From positions 32,001 through 96,000 of the forward strand of contig NJBH01000010.1 in the NCBI GenBank assembly GCA_005223125.1: a stretch of 64,000 nt of DNA, given 5' to 3'. Within the stretch, counting starts at the first letter, position 1. The number at the start of each line of letters is the position of its first letter. The position numbers were made by a program, and so were the translations under genes. This stretch comes from Promethearchaeota archaeon Loki_b32. GTDB lineage: Archaea > Asgardarchaeota > Lokiarchaeia > Sigyniarchaeales > SOKP01. The notes below the pieces were generated by a model. It made no database searches and was not told the DNA's origin. It saw only the letters and a program-made list of their open reading frames with translations. This document shows positions 29,388-39,316 of this stretch, in pieces.

Positions 29388-31439
29388 ATGATAAAAGCTG
29401 CGAGAGAATTTTCGAATTTTGATGTATTCGTAATTGTTAAAGAATTAGATTTGATCTTGAGTAATGGTACAATTTTAAACATATATGAGATAGAGGATTT
29501 ATTGATTGTTAAAATCAACACCACTTCTGGAAAGAAAAATTTAATTGTTAAAAAAGATGCTCGAGTTAATTTAACTGAATATGATTATCCTATTCCTAAT
29601 TATCCCAGTCAATATATTAGTTCTTTAAGGAAATTTTTAAAAAATCGACGGATTTTAAAAATTTTCCAACACCAATTTGATAGAATTATCATATTTGAAT
29701 TAAGTAATAAGGATGGCCAACCTTGGAAATTCGTCATAGAATTATTTAATAAAGGGAACTTCTTGTTGTTAGATGAAGAAAATATCATTAAAATAGCCAA
29801 AAAGTATAGGAAATTTAGAGATAGAGAAATTTTGGCTAAAAAAAAGTACTCCTTTCCCAAATCTCAAGGTCAGAATTTTTTAACGATGAATAAAGATGAA
29901 TTTAAAGATTTATTTAAAAACTCTGATGTAGAGATTGTTAGAGATCTTTCTAGAAAAATTCACATTTCTGGTCTTTATAGTGAGGAAATATGTCATAGAG
30001 GAAAAATTGATAAAAGTGAGATTGGGAAAAACCTTACTGATGAGGACTATGAAATTTTATATGATTCTTTCAAACATTTAAGAAATCAATTATTATTTGG
30101 CCAAATAAATGCCCAGATTATCTTTGATCAACACGGGAAACAAATTTCAGTACTTCCATTTGAAATTGAAATTCTAAAAGAAAATGATAAAAAGCAGTTT
30201 ACTTCGTTTAATGAAGCTGTTGATGAATTTTTTTCAAAGATTGATTCTGAGATTTTAAAAAGTCCAGAAGATCAAAAAATTGATGAGAAAATTAAAACTC
30301 ATGAAAAAATATTAAAAAATCAAAATGAATATCTTATAGAGCTTAAGAGTAAAAAGGAAAAATATTATAGAATTGGAGAATTAATTTTTGCGAATTTAGA
30401 TTCATTAGAAAAATTGAAATCTGTAATTCTAGAGGCAAAATCAAAAGGTTATACTTGGGAGGAAATTAACAATAAACTAAAAATAGCAAAACTGGAAAAT
30501 TTAAATGGAACGGAATTCTTCGAAAAAGCTATTCCGTCTACTAATCAAATGTTAATCAGGATTAACAATGGTGATGTTTATATTGATTTAAGGAAAAGCA
30601 TAGGGGAAAATGCAAATATTATTTATTCTAAGGGGAAAAAAGCGGAAAAAAAAATTACTGGAACAATTGATGCTATTGCTAAAATCCAAAAAAAACTTAA
30701 TAAACTAAAACTTGAGAAAGAATCAAAAGAAAATGAAGTCGACTTTCTCATAAAAAAGCCAAAGAAAAAATGGTATGAGAAATTCAGATGGTTTATTTCT
30801 TCCGATCATTATCTGATTATCGGAGGAAGAGATGCTACATCTAACGAAATCATTTTTAAAAAATATATTGATCCCCACGATTTAGTTTTTCATACAAATA
30901 TCCCGGGTTCTCCATTAGCGGTAATCAAAAATCTTGAAAATAAGAAAATCCCTTTAAGTACTATCCAAGAGACCGCTGATTTTGTCGCAAGTTATTCACG
31001 TGCATGGAAAGAGACCTGGGGGATTGTAGATATCTTTTATATCCTCCCAGATCAAATTTCCAGAAGTCCTCCATCAGGTGAGTTTTTACCAAAGGGATCC
31101 TTTATAATTTCTGGTAAAAAAAATTTTATCAAGAATGCAAAAACAAAGTTAACAATTGGATTAAAAATCATTGAATTAGAAACAGACTCCAATAATAATC
31201 GTAGAATTTTTTACCCTAAAATTATTTCTGGTCCAGAGTTTGCAATAAAAAAGCAAACGGAAAATTTTATTACTATTATTCCATCAAAATCTGGTGGTTT
31301 AACAAAAGGAAAATTAGCTAAAGAGATTAAATCAATATTTATTAGAAATAGTGTTAAAGATTTAAGAATGTGGGTAAAATTGTTATCCATAGATGAAATA
31401 ATCCTCTATTTACCAAGTGGAATTTCAAAGATTGAGTGA
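29388..31439 (+). CDS. rqcH: Ribosome quality control protein RqcH/NEMF (NFACT family)
   Basis: FDRII, IELFNKGNFLL, KKWYEKFRWFISSD, GGRDATSNE, GEFLPKGSF. Confidence 0.92.
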   Translation: MIKAAREFSNFDVFVIVKELDLILSNGTILNIYEIEDLLIVKINTTSGKKNLIVKKDARVNLTEYDYPIPNYPSQYISSLRKFLKNRRILKIFQHQFDRIIIFELSNKDGQPWKFVIELFNKGNFLLLDEENIIKIAKKYRKFRDREILAKKKYSFPKSQGQNFLTMNKDEFKDLFKNSDVEIVRDLSRKIHISGLYSEEICHRGKIDKSEIGKNLTDEDYEILYDSFKHLRNQLLFGQINAQIIFDQHGKQISVLPFEIEILKENDKKQFTSFNEAVDEFFSKIDSEILKSPEDQKIDEKIKTHEKILKNQNEYLIELKSKKEKYYRIGELIFANLDSLEKLKSVILEAKSKGYTWEEINNKLKIAKLENLNGTEFFEKAIPSTNQMLIRINNGDVYIDLRKSIGENANIIYSKGKKAEKKITGTIDAIAKIQKKLNKLKLEKESKENEVDFLIKKPKKKWYEKFRWFISSDHYLIIGGRDATSNEIIFKKYIDPHDLVFHTNIPGSPLAVIKNLENKKIPLSTIQETADFVASYSRAWKETWGIVDIFYILPDQISRSPPSGEFLPKGSFIISGKKNFIKNAKTKLTIGLKIIELETDSNNNRRIFYPKIISGPEFAIKKQTENFITIIPSKSGGLTKGKLAKEIKSIFIRNSVKDLRMWVKLLSIDEIILYLPSGISKIE

Positions 31440-31444
31440 AAAAA

Positions 31445-32188
31445 TTAAGCTTTATTTAACCAACGTCTAATTTTAACTATATTTCTATAGTCATCAAATA
31501 ATATACCATCAATTTTCATATTAATCAGAGATTTAATATTAAAAATTGGATTTTTATATGAAATGAAGTCCCAGACTAAACATTTTACATTATTTATATG
31601 ACATGTTTCGATGAATTCAACATTTACTAAATTGGATCTTAAACTTATCATATCTGGTTTGAACTTTAACTTTTTAAGTTTCCCTAATTTCAAAAATTCA
31701 TTAAATCTAAGTTCTATTCCTTTTGTAATATTATAACAAATTCTACTGTTAGAGTAAACAGATTTTATATATTCCAAATCTGTTAAGTTCCTCCCACTAA
31801 AAATGCAATCTTCTAATAAATCATACTTTTTAACCAAATTTGGTACTATATTTCTCAAATTATACTCTTTTAATTCTATCATGAATTTGATTTTACCCTT
31901 AAAATCTTTTAAAACTTGGGACAAAAGAGGGACTTTAAAATTATATTTTATGGTTCCATATTTCATTATTTCATTGTAATTATAATTCTTTATTAATCCA
32001 GAACCAGTTGTAGTTCTATCTAACGTAGAATCATGGATTATTATTATATTTTCATCTTTAGTTTTTCTGACATCGAATTCAATATAATCTGCTCCAACTT
32101 CTATGGCTCTTTTAAATGCATTGATAGTATTTTCTTCAGAATTTATCCTAGTCCCTCTATGCCCAATATAATAAAACTTCGAGCTCAT
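31445..32188 (-). CDS. Glycerophosphodiester phosphodiesterase
   Basis: GHRG, ENT, IEFDV, HDSTLDRTT, IELK. Confidence 0.9.
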   Translation of the reverse strand: MSSKFYYIGHRGTRINSEENTINAFKRAIEVGADYIEFDVRKTKDENIIIIHDSTLDRTTTGSGLIKNYNYNEIMKYGTIKYNFKVPLLSQVLKDFKGKIKFMIELKEYNLRNIVPNLVKKYDLLEDCIFSGRNLTDLEYIKSVYSNSRICYNITKGIELRFNEFLKLGKLKKLKFKPDMISLRSNLVNVEFIETCHINNVKCLVWDFISYKNPIFNIKSLINMKIDGILFDDYRNIVKIRRWLNKA

Positions 32189-32214
32189 AATTGGAATTTG
32201 GCTAAATTAAATGG

Positions 32215-32652
32215 TTACATTTCTTGAATTACAAATAAATATATTAAAATTATTGCCAGCCCGAAAAGAGTAAAAACAAAAACAAATGGATTTAAGATTG
32301 CTTGTCCAATAGAAAGCAAAAAAAGCAGTAGTAAATCTTTCCAATTTAATGGTTTACCAACTAGTTCTTTATAATTACCTATGCTTGTCGTCATGAATAA
32401 GAAAAATAGTAAAATTACAATTACTTTTATAAGAATATCAAGAAAGGTCCAAACCACATCGATATTCATGAAAATAGTTACAATTTCAATATTAAGGAAA
32501 ATTGATATAATATAAAAAATTCCCCCCAAGATTGCTGAGATTAAAACCGATCTATATGCAAATTCTTCATCTGTTCGATGTTTTTTCTTTAACTTGTGTT
32601 CCTTTTCAGGATGTTTAGGAATTTTTGACATTTTATCTTTTAATTCTTTCAA
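32215..32652 (-). CDS. Hypothetical membrane protein
   Basis: Three to four TM segments; overlaps upstream gene. Confidence 0.6.
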   Translation of the reverse strand: MKELKDKMSKIPKHPEKEHKLKKKHRTDEEFAYRSVLISAILGGIFYIISIFLNIEIVTIFMNIDVVWTFLDILIKVIVILLFFLFMTTSIGNYKELVGKPLNWKDLLLLFLLSIGQAILNPFVFVFTLFGLAIILIYLFVIQEM

Positions 32653-33427
32653 TATTATCTTTTAATCTAAAAATTTTATAAATATAATACCCATATAGAA
32701 TTCCAAGAATACTAAAAACTACAATGCATAATATCAAAGGTGTTATATTACCAAGTGGAATTTCTGAAGCGGTGTATGATTTTATGTTAATAAGGATTAT
32801 TGTACTTTTTTTAATTCCACTTGGATAAATTGGCATGTCTCCATAAGTTATATTAAAAGCATAACTGTTACCAAAATCTAAAAGAACATCTTCCTCGTCT
32901 CCCACTCCGTCTTTAATTGGAATAGAGAATTCATAAGTCGAATCTTTTCCTTCTATTGTAGCAGCACCATTTCCATTATAATCGGTATCGTTTAAAAAAA
33001 CACTATTGTTAATGTTATAGTCCAGGTAATCAAAATCATTGGTAGATTTGTTTGAAAATTGTATAATTTTCGCATCAAGAAATTCCTCTTGTTCAATTGA
33101 AGAACTATTTGAAATTATTAACCCAAAAAATTCGGTGTGTTCGTGTGCATCAATCTCTAACTCAAATTGTACTGTGATATAGAGATTTGAATCATCCTGC
33201 ATGACCCATAAACTAATTGGTAACCCTCCTAAATCAATTGGAACTTTTGTAGCTTTATTCCACTCTTGTGAGGAAAGATCAATAAAACCATCAATTACGG
33301 GGGTTTCTCCAAATTCAGAATCGATTTCTTCGGTTTCACAATATCCCTTTGATACAAAAAATAAGGAAATAACGGTTATATTAATAATTAAAATACTGAT
33401 TACGATTCTAAAAGTTGTTTTCTTCAA
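32633..33427 (-). CDS. Exported, C-terminally anchored protein with DOMON/CBM9-like domain
   Basis: N-terminal signal/TM, TPVIDG...EW..A motif, DDSNLYI, YEFSIP, C-terminal TM. Confidence 0.6.
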   Translation of the reverse strand: MKKTTFRIVISILIINITVISLFFVSKGYCETEEIDSEFGETPVIDGFIDLSSQEWNKATKVPIDLGGLPISLWVMQDDSNLYITVQFELEIDAHEHTEFFGLIISNSSSIEQEEFLDAKIIQFSNKSTNDFDYLDYNINNSVFLNDTDYNGNGAATIEGKDSTYEFSIPIKDGVGDEEDVLLDFGNSYAFNITYGDMPIYPSGIKKSTIILINIKSYTASEIPLGNITPLILCIVVFSILGILYGYYIYKIFRLKDNIERIKR

Positions 33428-33619
33428 GATTAAAAAGCCATATATTTTTAAATTGTTCTTATTTCGGTATTATCCAATATTAAAATTGATAATTAAAATT
33501 GAATTTAATATTTTTCGTATATTCTTTGGGTTTTTCTAAAAAAACAACTTAAATTCAGCTATTACGAGCAAAAAATAATGATACAATTAACTGATTATTT
33601 TAAATTAATCGTTTCTAAT

Positions 33620-34072
33620 TTAATGAAGATAATTTGGTAGCATGATAACACAATTGAATTTATTTAAATAAACGATAATATAATTAATCAATCGCTTAGT
33701 TTCTCGTTTTGCTTCTTGTAAGTTCTTGCTTTTATATTCTGCAAATGGTTTAGGCCCAATAGCAACAAGGATCCCTGATAAATCTTTTTCCCTCTTAATA
33801 AAAAACCAAAAAGGTTTTTTTTTTTCATTATCTTTAACTACAATTAGCATCCAAGGATTAAGTGTCCAGTCATCATTATCAGGTCCTATTACTTTTTCTA
33901 TTGTTTTTTGAGTAAAATATTTTTTAGTCATACTAATTGTTTTTGAGAGTGCATTAAAATAACTTCTTTTAATCTTTAAGTATCCTCCAAAATATGACTT
34001 AGCATCAAATAATTCAAGTTCTTTCTCTTCACCATCTGGTAATTTCAAAAAAACTCTCCAAATATTCATCAT
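33620..34072 (-). CDS. Hypothetical protein
   Basis: ORF coupled (TAATG) to upstream gene. Confidence 0.6.
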   Translation of the reverse strand: MMNIWRVFLKLPDGEEKELELFDAKSYFGGYLKIKRSYFNALSKTISMTKKYFTQKTIEKVIGPDNDDWTLNPWMLIVVKDNEKKKPFWFFIKREKDLSGILVAIGPKPFAEYKSKNLQEAKRETKRLINYIIVYLNKFNCVIMLPNYLH

Positions 34073-34518
34073 TAATTTTCTTTGCTTTTTTTAAGTCCAA
34101 TTTCTTCTATTTTTATTTCTTTAAATATATTTTTAATCTTTTCTAACGAAGTATTTAGTTCTTTGGCTTTGATTTCACTTAGACTTAAATTTAAATAACA
34201 TTCATAAAAAAGTTGTTTTTCAATTAGTAGAACCCCAGAAGTATGAACAATTTGATAATTTTGGAGGATTTTGGATATCTCATCAATAATCTCATTAGAA
34301 AAGTTAAAACCTGAAAATGTTAGCTTTTTTATTTTTTCATTCTTTAGGGGATAAATTGATAATTTTATAGAGTTCTCGATAGTTGATTGCACTATTAAAA
34401 GGAATGGATATTCCTCGGGATCTTTGATGTTTATTAAAGAAATTTTTAAGGTTGTTTTAGGAAGATCATTAGTACGCTGAACATACGCTTCTGTTAATTT
34501 ATAGATTCTCATTATCAA
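34072..34518 (-). CDS. Hypothetical protein (possible ACT-like C-terminal half)
   Basis: IVHTSG...FYECYL pattern; in operon with RNase P genes. Confidence 0.5.
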   Translation of the reverse strand: MIMRIYKLTEAYVQRTNDLPKTTLKISLINIKDPEEYPFLLIVQSTIENSIKLSIYPLKNEKIKKLTFSGFNFSNEIIDEISKILQNYQIVHTSGVLLIEKQLFYECYLNLSLSEIKAKELNTSLEKIKNIFKEIKIEEIGLKKSKEN

Positions 34519-34556
34519 ATAAAATACAAATTTTTAATGTTCTTCTTTTTTCCTCA

Positions 34557-34880
34557 TTAATTATCGCTTTTTATTGAACGGATAGTTCCTGAGGTTTTTA
34601 TAGGGGATAATATCACCTTAATTCCATCAATTTCTCTTACAAAACTTAAAGCTGAAATAATTGTTTCTTTAGTTTGGTGAGAAAATCGTATAATTCCATA
34701 TTCTTTATCTATATTGAGTTCTACTAACCATAATCCAATTTTGTTTGCTTCTTTTAATCCAAAATATCGCCAAATCGAATGCCAAATTGATTTTAAAAGG
34801 GAATTTTGTGTGAGATCCACATTATTTTCTTTAATTATTTTAAATAAAATATATCTTTGCCTTTCTTTTTTAACTATTAT
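34557..34880 (-). CDS. rnp2: Ribonuclease P protein component 2 (Pop5/Rpp14), probable ATA start
   Basis: Upstream in-frame extension gives KERQRYILFKI (Pop5 N-terminal RY motif), plus YFG, GIIR and TSGTIR; GGAGG RBS before ATA. Confidence 0.9.
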   Translation of the reverse strand: MIVKKERQRYILFKIIKENNVDLTQNSLLKSIWHSIWRYFGLKEANKIGLWLVELNIDKEYGIIRFSHQTKETIISALSFVREIDGIKVILSPIKTSGTIRSIKSDN

Positions 34881-35599
34881 GTTTCCCCTCCTTTAATTAG
34901 TCTTACCTGTGGTTCAAAATCGTTAGTATTTCGTCTATTAACTCTCTCTAATAACGAAATTGGGTTTATTTTAAAAATCTTTTTAGCCCTATCTAAAGGA
35001 ACTCCTAAAAGTGAATAGCAAATGCTTATTAATGCTCTTGGATGTCTAAAATCATACATATCATCAAAATTTCCACTAATAATACAATTTACTTTTGATT
35101 TTAAAGCTAATTGAATAAATCTATATAAGTTTCTTAGATTTTTTGATTGGTTTACTTTATTTTTCACCATAAGCGGAGCAAGAGAAAATTCTAAAAAAGA
35201 ATTATTCTGTTTAATAAGTGAAATTACTCCAGGAGTAAGTGTTTTTATTAATTCAGAATTAGAAAAAGAGACGATATCAACTCTTGAATCTCTCGCTGCA
35301 CGCAATTGAACTTCTTTATTTAAAGATTCTATTGAAAGTATATCAGAAAAATTATTGAAGTGTTTAATTCTTCTTTTAAAATCTTCGGAATTATTTAATC
35401 TTAAATTTATTCGATATAAAGTATTTATCTTCGTTTCTAATCTTATTTTAGATTTTAATTCTAAAGGAATTGCTATTATATTGTTTTTAGGTTCTAAAAT
35501 TACATTTTTAATACCTAATTTCTCACAAAACTCTAATTTTTCAAGGATATCATTAAAATTATCGAAATTTGCTAGTAATCTTGATTCAAAATATGACAA
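34877..35599 (-). CDS. rnp3: Ribonuclease P protein component 3 (Rpp30)
   Basis: RAARDSRVDIV, LEFSL, IISG...DFRHPR; adjacent to Pop5; TTG 35599 after GAGGT. Confidence 0.85.
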   Translation of the reverse strand: MSYFESRLLANFDNFNDILEKLEFCEKLGIKNVILEPKNNIIAIPLELKSKIRLETKINTLYRINLRLNNSEDFKRRIKHFNNFSDILSIESLNKEVQLRAARDSRVDIVSFSNSELIKTLTPGVISLIKQNNSFLEFSLAPLMVKNKVNQSKNLRNLYRFIQLALKSKVNCIISGNFDDMYDFRHPRALISICYSLLGVPLDRAKKIFKINPISLLERVNRRNTNDFEPQVRLIKGGET

Positions 35600-35725
35600 A
35601 TATAATATTACCTCAAAAGAACTACTTGACTCTTTATAATTATGTAAAGAAAGGGGAAAATAAATAAATTTTATTATCACTAAATATTTAAAATGTTAGG
35701 TTTTCAAATTAAGTGATGATTTCTC

Positions 35726-37015
35726 CTGATTAAAAAAAGAAAACTTTCTGAAATTAGAAAAAAGATTGAGAAAGGCTCAGCAGTTGTAATAACTGTCCAA
35801 GAATTAATAGATCGTATTAGTGATGGTGAAAAGGTTAAATTTGAAGATGTTGATATTGTGACCACAGCGACTAAAGCTCTTATGAGTGGAATAATGGGAA
35901 TCTTTTCTTTTCGTCTTTCGCCACCTAAAACATTGAGAAAATTTATGGAAGTTCAAATTAATGGAATACCAACTTTTCCAGGACCTTGTCCAAATGAATA
36001 TTTAGGCATAGTAGATCTTATTATTTATGGAACTGCTCAAAGTCAAGCGATTGAGAATTATTGTGGGGGATCTCTTTTTAGGGAGATGGTAGAAGGAAAA
36101 TTAGTAAATATTTCAGCTAAGAGTGCTGAGGGTGAAACCATTGAAAAAGAGATGAAATTAGAGGATATGCAATTTGCTAAATTAATGGGTACAAGACAAG
36201 CTATTAAAAATTATAACGCAATGATTAATTGTGAATCATATCAAGTCGATACTATTTTTTCTTGTTTACCTTTTGAACCTAACAAGTCAGAACTCACATT
36301 CTCTGGGTGTGGTGCGTTAAATCCTTTTCAAAATGATCCAGAATTTGAATCTCTTGGCGTTGGGTTACCTATATTAGTTAATGGTAATATTGGTCATCTT
36401 ATAGGCCCAGGTACTCGAAATTACATAGCAAAACCCAATATGATGACAATGGCGCCAATGCGCGGTATGAAACCAGAATATATGGGTGCTTTTAAGACTT
36501 CATGTGGATTAGAACCAATTTGTAGTATTGCCATTCCTATTCCAATTTTAAATGAAAATATCTTCAATAATATAGTAAAATCTGATAAGGAAGTTCCATT
36601 AACAATTTTAAGTCTTGTAGGAAGAGAAAAAGTCGGTGAAATTACTTATGGTGATGTTTGGGATAATAATTTTCTCATGAAGTTCAATCCTGATGCTTGT
36701 GAAAATTGTGAAGAATGTAAAGCAATTGATAAATGTCCTACAAATGCTTTTATTGTCAAAAATGGTCTGATCACAGCAATAGATCGATCCCGTTGTTTTA
36801 ATTGTGGAAATTGCACTTATTTATGTCCAGAAGCTTTCAATTTAGACTTAAACAAAATTAAATTCGAAGGTTCTGAACTCCCTATTGTTTTAAGGCAATC
36901 AGATAGATATGGGGCGATAAAATTAGCTGAACAATTAAAATCGATGATCCTAAAGGGAGATTTCCCTTTAAGAAAACCAATTAGCAAATTGCAATTTGCT
37001 GAGGAAGTAAAATAA
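35726..37015 (+). CDS. DUF39/methanogenesis marker 16-like metalloprotein with C-terminal 2x[4Fe-4S] ferredoxin (homocysteine-synthesis sulfurtransferase family)
   Basis: Upstream extension LSEIRKKIEKGSAVVIT...VDIVTTAT, GPCPNE, SGCGALNPFQND, CENCEEC..CP and CFNCGNC...CP; start probably CTG 35726 or ATT 35729. Confidence 0.75.
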   Translation: MIKKRKLSEIRKKIEKGSAVVITVQELIDRISDGEKVKFEDVDIVTTATKALMSGIMGIFSFRLSPPKTLRKFMEVQINGIPTFPGPCPNEYLGIVDLIIYGTAQSQAIENYCGGSLFREMVEGKLVNISAKSAEGETIEKEMKLEDMQFAKLMGTRQAIKNYNAMINCESYQVDTIFSCLPFEPNKSELTFSGCGALNPFQNDPEFESLGVGLPILVNGNIGHLIGPGTRNYIAKPNMMTMAPMRGMKPEYMGAFKTSCGLEPICSIAIPIPILNENIFNNIVKSDKEVPLTILSLVGREKVGEITYGDVWDNNFLMKFNPDACENCEECKAIDKCPTNAFIVKNGLITAIDRSRCFNCGNCTYLCPEAFNLDLNKIKFEGSELPIVLRQSDRYGAIKLAEQLKSMILKGDFPLRKPISKLQFAEEVK

Positions 37016-37032
37016 AATACAGAAGAAAAATT

Positions 37033-37476
37033 ATGTCTGATTTGAAATTACCTACGTTTGATCAAATTGGTATCTTAGTGAATAACATTGAGAAAACTGC
37101 AGAATTATATACTGGTTTAATGAATTTTCAAGGTAAAATTAATATTATTGAACAAACCACTATTGCGAACTATAAAGGAAAAGAAGTATCGTTTAAAATG
37201 AAAGAAATAATGCAAAATTTTGGTGGAAAGCAGTTTGAAATTGTTGAATTATTAGAATCTACAGGTGATCATTTATATTCAGAATTTCTTAAAGAATGTA
37301 AAACGGGATTACATCATCTAGGCGTATATACTAAAAATGCTGAGACATTCATTAATCATTTTAAGAATGAATGCAATATTGACGTAATTCAAACGGGAAA
37401 AGTTGGAAGAGTTAAATTTTACTATTTAGATACTAAAAAAGTTTTAGGCTATTATCTCGAATTGATTGCTCTCTAA
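37033..37476 (+). CDS. VOC-family protein (methylmalonyl-CoA epimerase/glyoxalase-like)
   Basis: DQIGILV, FEIVE, GLHHLG, YYLDT...LELI. Confidence 0.85.
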   Translation: MSDLKLPTFDQIGILVNNIEKTAELYTGLMNFQGKINIIEQTTIANYKGKEVSFKMKEIMQNFGGKQFEIVELLESTGDHLYSEFLKECKTGLHHLGVYTKNAETFINHFKNECNIDVIQTGKVGRVKFYYLDTKKVLGYYLELIAL

Positions 37477-37542
37477 TTTGTACATCTTTGTTGAATCTCT
37501 TTTTATAATAAACTTTATTTTTTATTTGTAATAAAACTAAAT

Positions 37543-39276
37543 ATGTCAAATCAAGTTTTAAATGGTGGCGATTTGGTTGTTAAATGTCTTTTAAAGGAAG
37601 GAGTTACCAAAATCTTTGGTCTTGTTGGTGGAGAATTACTAAAGATTTATGATGCTATTGAACGCTGGGGTCGTGAAGAGGGAATTGATACTGTAATGGT
37701 CCGGCACGAACAAGCAGGAGCACATATGGCAGACGCATGGGCAAGAGCAACTGGAGAGATAGGTGTTTGTTTAGGGACAGCAGGACCCGGAGTCACTCAT
37801 TTGATTCCAGCTGTTGCTGCGGCATATGCTGATTCGATACCAATGTTGGTAATTGGTGCTCAAGTTGGTAGAATGTTTGACAATATTGGAATATTACAAG
37901 GAGATTTAGACCAAATGAGTCTAATGAAACCTATTACAAAATTACAAATTTCAGTAGAAGATCCATATGAAATACCACATGCGGTTCAAAGATGTATAAA
38001 AACTGCGATGGCGGGAAGAAGAGGTCCTGTCTTTCTCGAGTTGAGGGAAACAGCATTAGTTAGAAGAGCTACTGTGAATGATCTTGAAAAAATTCGTGAT
38101 CCAGAGCATTATCGCCCATTATATAGACCTGCTGGAAATAAAGAAGGTATAATTAAGGCAGTTGAGCTTTTAAAGACGGCTGACAAACCTTTAATTGTAG
38201 CTGGTGGTGGTATCAATGCTTCAGAAGCCTTTGATGAGGTAAGCAAGTTATCAGAAACGTACAATATTCCTGTTGGAACAACTATAAGTGGAATAGGAGT
38301 AGTTACTACAAATAAAACATTTATAGGGGGAAAATTGACAGCAATGGCATATAGAAGAGCTGCTATTGAAGCAAATGTAGTTCTATCTCTTGGTTGTAAA
38401 TGGGACCATACGATTATCTACGGAGCTTCCCCATTTTGGAATCAAGATCAAAAAATTATCCAAGTGGATATAGACCCGACTGAAATTGGTAAAAATAGAC
38501 CTGTAAACATTGCTATTGTTGGAGATGCTAAAGCCGTTATTAACCAACTATTAGAAGAAATGGAAAAGAATCTTCCTAAAGAAAAAGTCACTGAATGGTC
38601 TCAATGGAATGAATATTTGCAAGATATTAGGAAAACTGATAAACAACAATTAGAAAAAATGTTAAAATCTAGTAAATTACCTATGAAACCTCACAGGCTT
38701 GTATATGAAATCTTAGATTTCATACCAGATGATACACAATTGGTTATCGATGGGGGAGATATTTTTGTTTTTTCATTGGATTTAATAGGGCTTAAACCAC
38801 GCCCCCCAAGAAGTTTTTATCGCTCTGTTTCAATGGGTCATTTAGGTATTGGGATTCCGTACGCTATTGCCGCACAATTGGCTAACCCAGATAAATTAGT
38901 TGTATGTATTACTGGAGATGGTAGCTTTATGTTTAACGTACAAGAATTGGAAACAGCGATAAGGTTAAATCTACCTATAATTACTATAATTGGAAATAAT
39001 TGCGCGTGGGGTATGATAAAATCAAATCAAAAACTTAATTTGGGTAAAAGATACTGTGATGTAGATTTTCCCCCAATAGATTATGCAGAAATTGCGCGTG
39101 GTTTTGGATGTTATGGAGAGAAGATAAGTAACCCTGAAGATATAAAACCAGCATTGCAACGTGCTATTGATTCAAAAAAACCTGCAGTTATTGATGTAGA
39201 TATTGCTTTTGAAACGCCCCCCGCAATGAAATTACTTGGTCTCTTTAAGAAGGAAAAAGGATTATTTGGTAAATAA
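37543..39276 (+). CDS. ThDP-dependent enzyme (acetolactate synthase/2-hydroxyacyl-CoA lyase-like)
   Basis: RHEQ, GPG, GDGSFMF...NN ThDP motif. Confidence 0.9.
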   Translation: MSNQVLNGGDLVVKCLLKEGVTKIFGLVGGELLKIYDAIERWGREEGIDTVMVRHEQAGAHMADAWARATGEIGVCLGTAGPGVTHLIPAVAAAYADSIPMLVIGAQVGRMFDNIGILQGDLDQMSLMKPITKLQISVEDPYEIPHAVQRCIKTAMAGRRGPVFLELRETALVRRATVNDLEKIRDPEHYRPLYRPAGNKEGIIKAVELLKTADKPLIVAGGGINASEAFDEVSKLSETYNIPVGTTISGIGVVTTNKTFIGGKLTAMAYRRAAIEANVVLSLGCKWDHTIIYGASPFWNQDQKIIQVDIDPTEIGKNRPVNIAIVGDAKAVINQLLEEMEKNLPKEKVTEWSQWNEYLQDIRKTDKQQLEKMLKSSKLPMKPHRLVYEILDFIPDDTQLVIDGGDIFVFSLDLIGLKPRPPRSFYRSVSMGHLGIGIPYAIAAQLANPDKLVVCITGDGSFMFNVQELETAIRLNLPIITIIGNNCAWGMIKSNQKLNLGKRYCDVDFPPIDYAEIARGFGCYGEKISNPEDIKPALQRAIDSKKPAVIDVDIAFETPPAMKLLGLFKKEKGLFGK

Positions 39277-39316
39277 TTTATACTTTATTTTAATATTTTT
39301 AAAGAATGATAGTATT

